From a virus, in the IMG/VR virus record IMGVR_UViG_3300045988_119718, positions 128,001 through 192,000 of that record: a DNA stretch of 64,000 nucleotides. One strand, given 5' to 3'. Below, one piece after another: positions 38,501 to 48,885 of the stretch. Made by a program: the position numbers and the translations under genes. The notes under the pieces are model-generated. The model searched no databases. It was not told the DNA's origin and saw nothing but the letters and a program-made list of their open reading frames with translations. Position 1 is the first letter of the stretch. Each line of letters opens with the position of its first letter.

Positions 38501-38612
38501 ATCGACCTGATATATAGCCTTCATCTGCTTCTATAGAAGCAGACCATTCTGTCTTATTAGGTCGCTTTTGTGAGGAAGTATATTTTGAATGATCGCTCAT
38601 TTTACCCTCCAT
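35505..38612 (-). CDS. large tail-fibre-like protein with at least 8 tandem Ig-like repeats
   Basis: Repeats such as 'ITQSEHQTIIVHANGKTYTNSVSLPYGTKWTATITADTGYTAGTL'. Two copies are nearly identical at the nucleotide level (~36580-36960). Confidence 0.65.
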   Translation of the reverse strand: MEGKMSDHSKYTSSQKRPNKTEWSASIEADEGYISGRLNKEHGILESDISIYASESINNALYILIDQYNHQHIKVTINNETVYENTRIIKCKIGDRFDAEIVADTGYTIKGALNSTSGIMYKNKHLSVDKDAEPKMCKITLPATINQTLTFYSMYTIQKSGNKSKSFYVTYDTEYSIEINPIYGYNKGTSNHTELTMYKLNASNTLVNSNDFSLNITCTNATKKKYKITIPTMDNEAVRVIANGTTYTSAVSLDYLTEYRITITPKDNTYVPGRLIYPPVDIDSNIPIKRSFILKEDSEIKITPAHKINDGVFYLQYLDGNKEITPLSDYDDDDWYLTEPHLLVNLDHNNKEDLYYLPFAGTTKSGFKDIDDKNSYDYVHDKNGIVPPSLRTHTITIQQSENQIIRVYHNGIIYTNSFKVESGDSITCTIVSTNSNYAAGKLNYTSINNISQDYTIFATEATYIAKKKYTITINQTSNQTITVYSRLNNQNYTSTFETTEGDSLDIKITPSIGYKSGYITLDGKLYNSFEINDINSNHTISATNATAYGYILSINQSNHQTITVHANGKTYTNSVSLPYGTKWTATITADTGYTAGTLSKTSDTITGNDSISASPATIKQFTLTITQSEHQTIIVHANGKTYTNSVSLPYGTKWTATITADTGYTAGTLNKASGTITGDDSVYATSAANKINYRIIIKQTENTITTVTCTYPDDINHVITWTTGTKSFPYGSTWVAYTEGVTGYTAGEVNLPSGTLTSDTYIYAQSAAKKIECTLTIAQSEHQTITVTANGNKYTNTVALPYGTTYTVAIEPAEGYNAGTLNKTSGTLTGNDSISATAATIKQFTLTITQSEHQTIAVMANGKIYTSSVKLDYGTKWTAGIKPDVGYNAGTLNKTSGILLSDDEVYAGSADGILYTINVIQLTNTDAALYVLIDKSEYQTSKWGYGRLYRVRFKLTPTDDNGYDSIETIDMYINDTKIPCTITNLDKSVKYFYATSDITYTLTEDITVKVANVVASWYILGGGKDAGTSGTENIT

Positions 38613-38664
38613 TTAAAAATTATTACACATACCATTTACTGGTATGTGCAATAATACAAATATT

Positions 38665-41600
38665 TTATTTATAAGCAGAAGTTGCTCTAATAACCATATT
38701 ATCAGAAATAATACCAAATGTAGATACACCAATTATAGTGCCAGTCTTATAACCTTCGTTAGCTACTACGGAAATCATATACTCTAAGCCACCTTCGCAT
38801 TCAAAGCTGGATGTATGCGTTGTTCCATTGACAATAACTTGGATAGTCTGATTAGCACTTTGTTCAATCGTAATATTATACTTTCTAACTGTAGCTGCTG
38901 TAGCTGTAAATGTAGTATCAGCTTCAACAGATGGAACCTCTGTGATATTAAGCGTACCACAGTTATAGCTATCATTTGTAGGCTCAACTGTAGCTCTAAG
39001 ATGCGATTGAGCAAATGCTTTGAAGCTATCGAGATGGTCAATATTATCAGCCTCATCTGCAAATACTTCGGTAACAATAATACGCTGATTATCATACTTA
39101 GTAATAGTGATATTGTACTTATGGACTTCAACATTTGTAGCTTCAATAGTAATATCACTGGTTACTGTAGTAGAAGTTATATTCAGCTTACCAGCATCAA
39201 AGAATTTCGCTGTAGATCTAATACTTGCTGTAATAGCAGCACCATACGGAACAGTAAAGTCACTAGTGTATTCAGTACCATTGTAGGCAACAGTAATAAG
39301 CTGATTATTGGTCTGATTGATAGTAATATTAAACATTGCAGTGCTAGCTTCTGTTGTTGTAATTTCAATAGTAGTACCAACACCATCTGTAGATATACTA
39401 TCGTCAATTAAACCACTCATAGGAATATTCAATGTACCATTACTATATCCAGCATCAGCTACTAGTTCTACACTATATTCACTATCATACTGTACATCGG
39501 CTAATGTAATACTTGTATTAGGTTTAACCGTAGTTACTTTACCTTCATTAGTAAAGATTATGGTCTGATGTGCAGGTGCAGTAATAGTAACATTAAATGC
39601 CTTTGGCGTTGCATCACTGCATACAATTTGGGTATCCTCATTAATTATATAAGTATCTTTTAATGGTCTACCTGCTGCATACCCAGTATCTGCTACAACT
39701 CTTACATTTACTTCAGCATGAATAGGAACCTCAAAATCTTCAAAGTAATCTTTAAACTGATAAGTAGCAATTATAGTTTGGTGTTCAGTTTCAGCAAAAT
39801 ATACGGTAAAATATTTCAAAGTAGGTTTAGTTGCAGTAATAGTAATATGGTTATCTGTATCCATAATACTATCACTAAGTATACCACTCTTTTTAATATT
39901 TAATGTACCAGCATTATAATCGCTATGAGTACTTAGATAAACTACATATTTACTATTATAATCCTTAATTACCGTTTTAGTTTGGTTACTACCAACTGTT
40001 ACAGTTTCATCATCAAAGATTACTCTGATAGTAGTATTATCAGGTGCTTTAATATCAACAGTAACTTTCTTAGCTATAGGTTTTACAGCAGAAATCACTA
40101 TAGTATCTTCTTTTACTACAGCTGTAGTTTTAAGAGAAGTTAATGTAGTTCCATTTAATATTAAATTACCTGCAATATAACCATTATCAGCATAAGTTTC
40201 AAATTCTATATAAGAACCTGTCATAGCTTCAAACGATTTATCAATATATACTTTATCACCGTTAATGGCTTTAATATGAGCATGTTCTGGAACTATAACT
40301 TGGATAAATTGTGTTATAGGAGTAGCATCAGTAGCATATATATGCATATCATCATTCTCAGCTCTACCATATCTCATATTTAAATTACCTTCATTATAGT
40401 TTTCATCTGGTATTAAGTATGCAAAGAACTCTTCACCATATTTAAGAGTAAATTCAATATAATCAGTATTAAAATCTGTATCTAAGAATTTACTAAATTC
40501 AGTTACTTCTCTAGTATTCTTATCTTCTAATGTAAACCCAGATAAATCTTTACCTTCAAAGATAATAAATCTAGACATATCTATTGCATTATCTTTATTA
40601 AGTATAAAACTACCATAGGTTTGTAAATTAGGATTTTTCTTATAAGAATAATAATAAGTGATTAAACTTTCTTCACTAGTAGCTTTATCTTTAGCTAATA
40701 ATTCACCATGATAAATATTAGTAGAGTAAGTTTGACCAGTACTTGTTACTATAAAGATAGTCTGATTCTTAGTTACATCTACTCTAACTTTAATAATATT
40801 TGTAGTTGGTAAATTATTCTTCTTAGCATAATCCAAATACTTTTCGTTAATAGAATCTTCTATAGTAGTATCAAAATGAATGTGTTCTTTAAACCCAATA
40901 CTATCCGTGTAGTGTGTAAATACTTGCATTTCACTTCTTATACTATCAAGAGGATTTATACATTCATATTTATTTAATTCTACAAAGTTATCTTTTACAT
41001 CTACATATCTTAAAGTATTAAGCATTGGGTCTTTAGCATTAAATACTATATAATCCCCTTTGCTTCTCAATACTACTTTATATGACTTAAAGAAATTAAT
41101 TATAGTATATAGCATATCTAAGAATGCATTGCCACTTACTCCAGGTAAATGGTCAAATATATTCTGGAATTCTTTTAAATTCAAATACTCTTCCAATATA
41201 TATACTACATCAGAAATTCTATCTACAATAGCTTCATTTCTAGTTTCTTTATCAGTAATGTACTTTAGCCTCATATAATCATTATAAAGTTCAGTATCTT
41301 TATACTTTAAGAACTCAGTTAATGATTTAGCTATTCTAGTAGTACCATTCTCTTTAATATGATAATAATCAAATGTCTGTTTATAGGTCATCAAGGTATC
41401 AAATATCTTTTTCCAAATTTTAAAGATATCATAGTCTTGGGATTTATAAATACTTCTAACTATGAAGTTATAGATATCTCTATTAGTGACTTTACCATTG
41501 ACTAATTTACCAGTACTAAACATATCTGCTATTTCTTTAAGAGAATTAAATACATTATTTTCTCCTGGTTTAATATCAAAATCCCAAATCTTTTTAGTTC

Positions 41601-44600
41601 TATCCTCAGGCAATGGCACAGACATATTTTCATCCAATGGTCTTGGTTGATAGATAAATGTAGTATCAAAATTATTAGCATGCCTACGCTGATCTAATAT
41701 CCATTTCTTTAGTTTAGGTATATCTGCTTTAAAGTTAAATCCTTTAACGTACAATATTTTACCTGTTGTATCGATTATAGTATCATCTACACCAGAGTAT
41801 AAATATGCTAAAGCATTTAAATATGTAAAGAGATATGCTACATTAAATTGCTTATATGGAATAATAGAAGGCACTGATACTTTTACCTTATTTTCCTTAA
41901 ATACATCATCAAAGAAAATATTATAGAAATAAGCAATTTTTAAACTCATTTCTGCTATATCTAAGACATAGTTTATACCAAAATATTTAGTTCTCTCATA
42001 GTTAAATTCTTTAGCTAGTATTTGTTCCTTTACTTTAATATGATTCTTATTTTCATCATCATCAAATCCTACACCATCCCAATACTTATCAGCTAATGTA
42101 GTTTCATCATACGGAAGTAAATTAGTTCTTTTAATAATATTCTTATTAAAGAAAGTATCTTCTATAGGAACACCTACAAACTTCAAATCTATATCTTTCT
42201 TATAATCTTCTGTATAAGTTTTATATACATATCTTTCATTATCAAAATATATAAAATGGAAATTTATATTGCTATACTTTAGTATATCTTTAGAATTTAA
42301 GAATGATAAATGCCCATCAAATATATCATAAGTAGATTCATCTATAATATTATTATTCTCATCAGTAATAAACATTAACCATCCATTGTTATCATAATTA
42401 TCGAATGGGTATGGTATCTCAATCTGAACTTTATTATTTATATCAGTACTCTTTATCGTTTTAACTTCTTCTTTGATAAGATTCGTTCTATCATTGATGT
42501 ATTTATTATTATAAACAAATAAAATATCTATAGAATCGTTGTTAGTAAATATTTCATCAGGTATAGTAATTTCATCATTTGTAAGTTCAAATTTAGTTAC
42601 TACAGATGAATAGTTATTGCTAAAATTATGGAATACTATAGCACTTTGTTTAGTTTCTACATATGATTTAAATGGTATTTTTATTTTATATGTATTAGTA
42701 TTCTCTTTAGCTGCAATAGTTTCTCTTTTAATTTTCAAAGCAGTATTTGTAGTATTATTCATTACATAGGTTATATTGATACAATCTTTTTTACTAGGTA
42801 ATCTATTAAGATTCGTAATAGTCAAAGTTTTAGTAGCAGCATCAATATTATACTCATTAGATCTCAAGTACTTACCAGTTATATCTACAATTACATTATT
42901 ATTCATTTCAAAATAATCATTTGCTATATTTATATCTTTGAATTCACTTTGTTTATCTTTAGCAACTTCTATTCTTTGCTTACTACAAATAATATTAGAA
43001 GTATCTGGGCTGAATACATATGTTATAGTAACTTTCTGACCTTTTTGTAAACCAATAGCTTGGTCTTTAAGAGTGAGAGTATTATTAAATATATCATATA
43101 ATTCAGTGGATAAGTATTCTTTGTTTGAACGAAGTTTAGGATATGCCTTGTATCCTAAAGCAAAGAATTTTTTAAATGGAGGATTTAATTTAAAAGTAAC
43201 TTGGAAATTCTCAGTAGCAGTAATTTCTTCAGTACTTTCATTTATATAGATTCTATTATAAATAGAATTTTCAGAATAAATAAAGAATACTTTTATAACA
43301 GTATTATCATTAATAACTACATTATTATTGAGAGTAACAAGACCTTCATTAATAGTATAATCTGTAGAAGGAATAATAGATATTCTATTATCAGTACTAT
43401 CAGATTTGGTTATTAATACTTCATTTCCTCTTTCAAAGTATTTATCAAAAGGAAAATCTATAGAGAATTCTCTTTTAGCTTCTTTAGTAGATTCAGAATC
43501 ATTATCTATAAGCAAGCTTTCTCTTTGTTCATCTAATTTAACTATATTATCTTTATTATAAATATAGATTATAGTAGCAATAGAATCTTGTGGTATATCT
43601 TCTAATACTATTCTATTCTTAGATAAATCTATAGTATATCTAGTAAGCTCCTTAGTATTAATAAGTATATCACCATCTATACAAATCATTATCTGATTTC
43701 CATCAGTAAGATATGTAGGAGTTGGTAATTTCTTTAATTTTATAATATTAGTATCTAATACATCTGCTTCTTCTGTACTAATAATATATCCATTTTCTGT
43801 ATCAATATAAGGAGTTATATCTTCTTTATTATAGTAGAAATCAAATATTACATCTTTCTGTTTTACACCAGCTTTAGTTATGGTAATTTGTTTCTTATCA
43901 GAAGAGATAGTATAGTCTGTATCTTTAGTAAGAATAGCATTACCATAAACTACCTTCATAATATTATTCTGAAGATAATCGTCAAAAGGCTTATTATTAT
44001 ACTTAGGATAAGGAATATCAAAAGTAGAATTATTTAATCCTTTTCTGGTAAAATTAATTACAACAGAAGTATTATCTTTGCCTAAAGACATTGCATAATC
44101 CCATTCTTTAGGAGAAAGGTTATTAACTATTTCTTTAGATTTACGAGTTTGAATATCAGTTTCTACTAATCTACTATTTTCAATAGAATACCATTTATTA
44201 GTAGCTTCATTATAGAATAAATCTAAATTGATATCATAATATTCTATTTCAATATTATTTTTATCATTAATAGACAACTTATAATAGTTTTCTTTAACTA
44301 AAGAACTAGCATCATCATTATCGCCAGAAGTTACTACTTTATCTTCGGTAATAATATATGCATTATCAGAAGAATCATTGGTAAGTTTATAAATAGTAGT
44401 TGTAGTGGTACCATTCTGTTTTTTATCCTCTATAGGTACATTTATAGCTGTATCCAGATTGCTAGCTATATCGGATATAGTAACTTTAGATATACTACCA
44501 TCACTACCATTTAAATAAGCTATACCATCTTTAACTGTTAGAGTATACGTTCTAGTAAACTCTCTCTTTACTCTATCATGGAAAACAGTATCATTTAATT

Positions 44601-45945
44601 TACTAGATTTAGATTCTAGTTCATTAAAAATAATATCTCCCCATTTATCTACTTTTCTATCTCTAAGTATAAAATATCTAAATACTTCAATATTTGGAGC
44701 ACCAAATAGATCGATTAGATTAATCATACCTTGAGAGCAAGATTTAAATCTAATTAATTGATTTATATTCTTGCACATTCTATACTGGTATCTTAAAGGA
44801 ATGGTATTATAGTAAGGCATACCATACATTTCAAAGATATATTGGATACATCTTTTATCTAATAAATCAGTCTTAATAATATCTTGATGTACTTCTGATA
44901 AGATATCAGTTATAGTCATAATCATTATCATCATTCCTATAAAATTATCATAATAATCAGAAGTTTCTTTAAAAATATCATTGTAGAAAGTACTCATTAC
45001 AAATAATCTATTTTCTTCATACTTAGATTTAAATTTAGAAGTTACTACATAATCATCATCTACTGTAGGAGCATATAATAATTGGAAATTATATGCTTTT
45101 CTAGCTTTATATATTTTCTTAGCTCTGTAAATAGTGTTATCTTCAGATTCATCATAGTCTACAAAAGCATCAGCAATATAATCAAGATAATCAGCATTAG
45201 GATAATCGGCTCTAATTCTATCCATAATGCCTTTACTCTCTAAGTATTCTATCTGAGTTGGTGATAACTCATGAACATAAGTTACATTATCATTATTAAT
45301 AAATTCTTCAATAGTAGAAGCAGCTACTGGAATATATTCATAATCCATTATAGGAATACCATAATCCCCAATTTTTGGTAATCCTGCTAACATACGATAG
45401 TAGTTATTAAGCTCATTATAATTCGCTATATAAGATTGCTTGCCTTTTTCAGTTAATTCATCTCTAAGAGCATAAATACCTACAATCCTACCATCATCAA
45501 GTTTTTTAACTTTATAATTTCTAAAAGTTATTCCTCCACCAATAGTTTCTACTTTAAAATATTCACCAAATTTATACTTTACTTTATCAAAGTATCCACC
45601 TATTTCTTCTCCAGTTTCATCGTCTAAAGCTGGTTTAAGTTCTATCATATCATGTAAATCAGGTATATAAGTTTTATCTTCCATGCATTTAGAAAGATGA
45701 TAAGAGCCTGTTATACCAGCACTTTTAAGTAAACTTTCATCGTAATCAAATAACTCAAATACAGCAGTATTCTCAAAACAAGAAATAAGTATATCACCGG
45801 CTAATATACTTTCTTTAGTTTCATTTTTCATAGCTTCTTCTTCATTTTTTATTACCGAACCAAATGAAAGAAGTTTAGTATAATATAAGAGATAATCAAC
45901 GAATGGGTTATTAGAATAGGTTTTGCTTATTTCTATGCTACTCAA
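38665..45945 (-). CDS. giant (2426-aa) virion structural or adhesin protein; C-terminal ~700 aa consist of the same Ig-like repeats
   Basis: The C-terminus has 'YNITIEQSANQTIQVIVNGTTHTSSFECEGGLEYMISVVANEGYKTGTI' and 'ITKYDNQRIIVTEV…'. The N-terminal ~1700 aa were not recognised. Confidence 0.65.
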   Translation of the reverse strand: MSSIEISKTYSNNPFVDYLLYYTKLLSFGSVIKNEEEAMKNETKESILAGDILISCFENTAVFELFDYDESLLKSAGITGSYHLSKCMEDKTYIPDLHDMIELKPALDDETGEEIGGYFDKVKYKFGEYFKVETIGGGITFRNYKVKKLDDGRIVGIYALRDELTEKGKQSYIANYNELNNYYRMLAGLPKIGDYGIPIMDYEYIPVAASTIEEFINNDNVTYVHELSPTQIEYLESKGIMDRIRADYPNADYLDYIADAFVDYDESEDNTIYRAKKIYKARKAYNFQLLYAPTVDDDYVVTSKFKSKYEENRLFVMSTFYNDIFKETSDYYDNFIGMMIMIMTITDILSEVHQDIIKTDLLDKRCIQYIFEMYGMPYYNTIPLRYQYRMCKNINQLIRFKSCSQGMINLIDLFGAPNIEVFRYFILRDRKVDKWGDIIFNELESKSSKLNDTVFHDRVKREFTRTYTLTVKDGIAYLNGSDGSISKVTISDIASNLDTAINVPIEDKKQNGTTTTTIYKLTNDSSDNAYIITEDKVVTSGDNDDASSLVKENYYKLSINDKNNIEIEYYDINLDLFYNEATNKWYSIENSRLVETDIQTRKSKEIVNNLSPKEWDYAMSLGKDNTSVVINFTRKGLNNSTFDIPYPKYNNKPFDDYLQNNIMKVVYGNAILTKDTDYTISSDKKQITITKAGVKQKDVIFDFYYNKEDITPYIDTENGYIISTEEADVLDTNIIKLKKLPTPTYLTDGNQIMICIDGDILINTKELTRYTIDLSKNRIVLEDIPQDSIATIIYIYNKDNIVKLDEQRESLLIDNDSESTKEAKREFSIDFPFDKYFERGNEVLITKSDSTDNRISIIPSTDYTINEGLVTLNNNVVINDNTVIKVFFIYSENSIYNRIYINESTEEITATENFQVTFKLNPPFKKFFALGYKAYPKLRSNKEYLSTELYDIFNNTLTLKDQAIGLQKGQKVTITYVFSPDTSNIICSKQRIEVAKDKQSEFKDINIANDYFEMNNNVIVDITGKYLRSNEYNIDAATKTLTITNLNRLPSKKDCINITYVMNNTTNTALKIKRETIAAKENTNTYKIKIPFKSYVETKQSAIVFHNFSNNYSSVVTKFELTNDEITIPDEIFTNNDSIDILFVYNNKYINDRTNLIKEEVKTIKSTDINNKVQIEIPYPFDNYDNNGWLMFITDENNNIIDESTYDIFDGHLSFLNSKDILKYSNINFHFIYFDNERYVYKTYTEDYKKDIDLKFVGVPIEDTFFNKNIIKRTNLLPYDETTLADKYWDGVGFDDDENKNHIKVKEQILAKEFNYERTKYFGINYVLDIAEMSLKIAYFYNIFFDDVFKENKVKVSVPSIIPYKQFNVAYLFTYLNALAYLYSGVDDTIIDTTGKILYVKGFNFKADIPKLKKWILDQRRHANNFDTTFIYQPRPLDENMSVPLPEDRTKKIWDFDIKPGENNVFNSLKEIADMFSTGKLVNGKVTNRDIYNFIVRSIYKSQDYDIFKIWKKIFDTLMTYKQTFDYYHIKENGTTRIAKSLTEFLKYKDTELYNDYMRLKYITDKETRNEAIVDRISDVVYILEEYLNLKEFQNIFDHLPGVSGNAFLDMLYTIINFFKSYKVVLRSKGDYIVFNAKDPMLNTLRYVDVKDNFVELNKYECINPLDSIRSEMQVFTHYTDSIGFKEHIHFDTTIEDSINEKYLDYAKKNNLPTTNIIKVRVDVTKNQTIFIVTSTGQTYSTNIYHGELLAKDKATSEESLITYYYSYKKNPNLQTYGSFILNKDNAIDMSRFIIFEGKDLSGFTLEDKNTREVTEFSKFLDTDFNTDYIEFTLKYGEEFFAYLIPDENYNEGNLNMRYGRAENDDMHIYATDATPITQFIQVIVPEHAHIKAINGDKVYIDKSFEAMTGSYIEFETYADNGYIAGNLILNGTTLTSLKTTAVVKEDTIVISAVKPIAKKVTVDIKAPDNTTIRVIFDDETVTVGSNQTKTVIKDYNSKYVVYLSTHSDYNAGTLNIKKSGILSDSIMDTDNHITITATKPTLKYFTVYFAETEHQTIIATYQFKDYFEDFEVPIHAEVNVRVVADTGYAAGRPLKDTYIINEDTQIVCSDATPKAFNVTITAPAHQTIIFTNEGKVTTVKPNTSITLADVQYDSEYSVELVADAGYSNGTLNIPMSGLIDDSISTDGVGTTIEITTTEASTAMFNITINQTNNQLITVAYNGTEYTSDFTVPYGAAITASIRSTAKFFDAGKLNITSTTVTSDITIEATNVEVHKYNITITKYDNQRIIVTEVFADEADNIDHLDSFKAFAQSHLRATVEPTNDSYNCGTLNITEVPSVEADTTFTATAATVRKYNITIEQSANQTIQVIVNGTTHTSSFECEGGLEYMISVVANEGYKTGTIIGVSTFGIISDNMVIRATSAYK

Positions 45946-46036
45946 AATTTTATCTCCTTTCTATATATAATATTATTAATACTATGTAAAACCTCTTTGC
46001 TTTTAGACATTATTATAAGAAAGGTGGTATATCTCT

Positions 46037-46750
46037 ATGACAAACGATACTATTAAACCATTGATAATAGATTCTAAATATCCAAAATTATTTACCTATA
46101 ATAATTTTAATCCTACTTTGTATTCTCCTAATTCTCCATATCAAATTATGTTTGCTCAAACTAAAGATTCTCTTATGGATGTAGATGTTTATAGAAATTT
46201 CTTATATTCTGCTATAACTAGATTTAGGCAATCTAATTTCTATAGACATTATAAAGCTCATTTAATGCAAATGGGTATGGATAGATGTCAATTACATCCA
46301 TACTTAATTTCTGATGAAGATGATTCTACTGCTACATTAGAAATGCATCATCATGTACTTACTATATTTGATATAGCATTAGTAATTACTGAGCATATTT
46401 TAAATACCTATGGATATATAACTTCTTTTGACTTAGCATATTTACTTAGGCAAGTTCATGAGCAACATAAAGTTTGCATTGTAATGCTTTGTAAAACTTG
46501 CCATCAGTTATATACAAACCATAATGATGAGTTTAAGATTCCATCTACCTTAGGCTTTGGTAAATGGTGGGAATTCTTGGATGAATATAAATATGGTATT
46601 ACTAGAGACTTAGCAGTTAAGATTTATTATATGCTTAAGAATGATTTACAAAATGCTGATGAACGAGATGAAAAAATAAAAAATATGCTGACTATTAGGG
46701 ATAAGATATTGGATTGGTCTGAATACAATGAAAAACTTACTAGAAAATAA
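46037..46750 (+). CDS. hypothetical protein with an 'HHHxLTxFDI' motif; paralogue of 57523..58245
   Basis: 'LEMHHHVLTIFDIALVITEHILN' versus 'IHIHHHPLTLFDIVSTIINKNIA'. Confidence 0.5.
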   Translation: MTNDTIKPLIIDSKYPKLFTYNNFNPTLYSPNSPYQIMFAQTKDSLMDVDVYRNFLYSAITRFRQSNFYRHYKAHLMQMGMDRCQLHPYLISDEDDSTATLEMHHHVLTIFDIALVITEHILNTYGYITSFDLAYLLRQVHEQHKVCIVMLCKTCHQLYTNHNDEFKIPSTLGFGKWWEFLDEYKYGITRDLAVKIYYMLKNDLQNADERDEKIKNMLTIRDKILDWSEYNEKLTRK

Positions 46751-46806
46751 TAGGCTCTTTAACTCTATTATAATAATTCTATAAGTTTAAAAAAGGAGAC
46801 AGTATC

Positions 46807-47439
46807 ATGACAAATCCAATCGGTTCAGGGTTAATTAAAAAATACAGTTTTTATATTAAGGAATATTTTAGAAATCTAATTCCTAAAATTAATTCTATAA
46901 AAAATAAAATAGGTGATCTTATATCTATTTTTAAAGATAGCTTTAGTAAGAATCCATTTATTTATATTGCTATATTCTTTATTCTGTCTTTCTTAATTTG
47001 TGATTCTATTTATAAAATCTCATTTATTTTATTTTTAGTATCTTTAGTTGTAATTGCTAATAAGTTTGTTAATAATAAGCATGAAGAATTTATTCTAACT
47101 ACAGATTTCTCTATAGCAATTAAAGAATTAGATTCCCTTATTTCTGATTGTATCCAAGAATATATGGTTATGAATGGTTTAGCTAATACTACATATATCA
47201 ATGATAAACTAGAAACTCAAATAAGAAAAGAGACTACTAATCTAGTTACAGCTAAACTTAGTAATACTTTATTTAAGAAACTTTCATATCTTTATAATGA
47301 AGAATCAGTATATACCGTAATAGCAGCTAGAATCTATATCATTATTATGAACTTTACTATTCAGACTAATGAGAAAGCTAGAAATAATGAAGTAGTAACA
47401 GAGATTAATAAACAAAACAAACAAGTTTCATTATTTTAA
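46807..47439 (+). CDS. membrane protein
   Basis: TM segments 'FIYIAIFFILSFLICDSIY' and 'ISFILFLVSLVVIANKFV'. Confidence 0.5.
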   Translation: MTNPIGSGLIKKYSFYIKEYFRNLIPKINSIKNKIGDLISIFKDSFSKNPFIYIAIFFILSFLICDSIYKISFILFLVSLVVIANKFVNNKHEEFILTTDFSIAIKELDSLISDCIQEYMVMNGLANTTYINDKLETQIRKETTNLVTAKLSNTLFKKLSYLYNEESVYTVIAARIYIIIMNFTIQTNEKARNNEVVTEINKQNKQVSLF

Positions 47440-47447
47440 CAAAAAAT

Positions 47448-47486
47448 AAATATAGTGTAAGCTCATATGAGCTTACACTATATTTC
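47448..47486. terminator. hairpin 'atatagtgtaagctcatatgagcttacactatat' between convergent genes
   Basis: Seen directly. Confidence 0.5.
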
Positions 47487-47493
47487 ACATTAA

Positions 47494-48279
47494 CTATTTA
47501 TCATTATCCAAAGTAATCATTGTGGATAAATTAGAATCACCAGTAATTACTCTAGGCATTACTCCATTCCATTTATCAAGGAATTTTTCCATCAATACGT
47601 ATTTAGACAAACCTTCGTTTTTATACTTATTGGCTTCAGAATCCAATTGAGCTTTCTGCTTATTATATTCAGCTGTAATAGCAGCCTGTTCAGCAATCTT
47701 CTTCTGCTCAATAGCTTTGTCGTATTCATCAGAGAAATTGTGGTCTGTAATCAAGAAAGATTTTATGATAATACCATTATCAGAGAGACGAGTCTTAATA
47801 GAACTAGCAATCTTGTTACTAATTTCATCTCTCTTACTAATGAAATCTTCAATAGGATACTGAGCAATAGTAGCATTGATTACTTCAGCAACAGTAGGTT
47901 TAATAATAATAGATTCTATATTATTTCCATACTGTCTATAGATATCACCAACTTTATTAGTATCCAAAGAATATACTAATGACGATGCGATTTTAATAGT
48001 CTGGATATCACTACTAGATACTTCTACTTCAGAATTGTAACTAATATCTCTAACCTGAAGTTTTACTACTTTATCAATGAATGGAAACTTAAGATTAAAA
48101 CCTTCATTCAGATTATATTTATATTCACCTAAACGAAGTACTACACCTCTTTCACCTGTTTCAATAATTGTAAAAGAGTTGAATATTATAATACCACCAA
48201 CCAAAATACCAGCTACAAGTTTTCCTATCTTAAGTACCATAGATCCTTCATCTTCACCGGTTTCATAATTAAAGCCCAT
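47494..48279 (-). CDS. SPFH/Band-7 (prohibitin/HflK-like) domain membrane protein
   Basis: N-terminal TM, then 'GERGVVLRLGEY…EGFNLKFPFIDKVVKLQVRD…' and a C-terminal coiled coil 'AIEQKKIAEQAAITAEYNKQKAQ'. Confidence 0.65.
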   Translation of the reverse strand: MGFNYETGEDEGSMVLKIGKLVAGILVGGIIIFNSFTIIETGERGVVLRLGEYKYNLNEGFNLKFPFIDKVVKLQVRDISYNSEVEVSSSDIQTIKIASSLVYSLDTNKVGDIYRQYGNNIESIIIKPTVAEVINATIAQYPIEDFISKRDEISNKIASSIKTRLSDNGIIIKSFLITDHNFSDEYDKAIEQKKIAEQAAITAEYNKQKAQLDSEANKYKNEGLSKYVLMEKFLDKWNGVMPRVITGDSNLSTMITLDNDK

Positions 48280-48297
48280 ATTAAATCTCCTTTTTAT

Positions 48298-48885
48298 TTA
48301 AAAACCTTTATAGCCATCTTTTATAACAGCTATATTGTTTATAAAACTAATATCATCTAAAGCATCTTTATTATTCTCTATTACTTCAGGTGGGATAGAG
48401 GTATGCTTGTTTTCTTTTAGCCTTAGATAATGCTCATACAAATCCATGAATAATCTATTAAATAACATTTTACCGTTAAAGGTTAAAATATTATACCTCA
48501 ATACTTTCTCAGGAATAATACGTTCTCTTAATTTAGTATTGGTTACTTGGAAAATAGTTATTCTATACTTATTCAAATCCAGTTTGTAGATACGTATTCT
48601 AAAATACTTTTTAAGTTTTTCATCATACTTAAGCAATGCGAAGTTAATAATACCGCAAGATGCATCTCCATTTAAAACTGCCATATATTCAGTATTATTA
48701 TTATTAACTTTTAAAATAGTACTAGCTATTTGTGTCAACTGTATTACTACAGTTCTATCATTAGATTCATTTGTTGTATAATCCATATAAACCCTCTCCC
48801 TTAATTTAATTATTGTTGCTAATAAAATCCAAAATGAAAAATATTGAAATAAGGAATATAGGTAACGCTGCAATAGATAATCCAA
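48298..48885 (-). CDS. hypothetical protein
   Basis: 195-aa ORF. Confidence 0.45.
   Translation of the reverse strand: MDYLLQRYLYSLFQYFSFWILLATIIKLRERVYMDYTTNESNDRTVVIQLTQIASTILKVNNNNTEYMAVLNGDASCGIINFALLKYDEKLKKYFRIRIYKLDLNKYRITIFQVTNTKLRERIIPEKVLRYNILTFNGKMLFNRLFMDLYEHYLRLKENKHTSIPPEVIENNKDALDDISFINNIAVIKDGYKGF

Noticed and set aside
38784-39568. Several 60-200-aa ORFs on both strands inside the giant gene 38665..45945 (also 36753..36992, 13139..13399 and others)
   Set aside because: Low-complexity Leu/Ile/Ser-rich translations embedded in, or antisense to, strongly supported long CDSs. These are artefacts of the repeat nucleotide composition.
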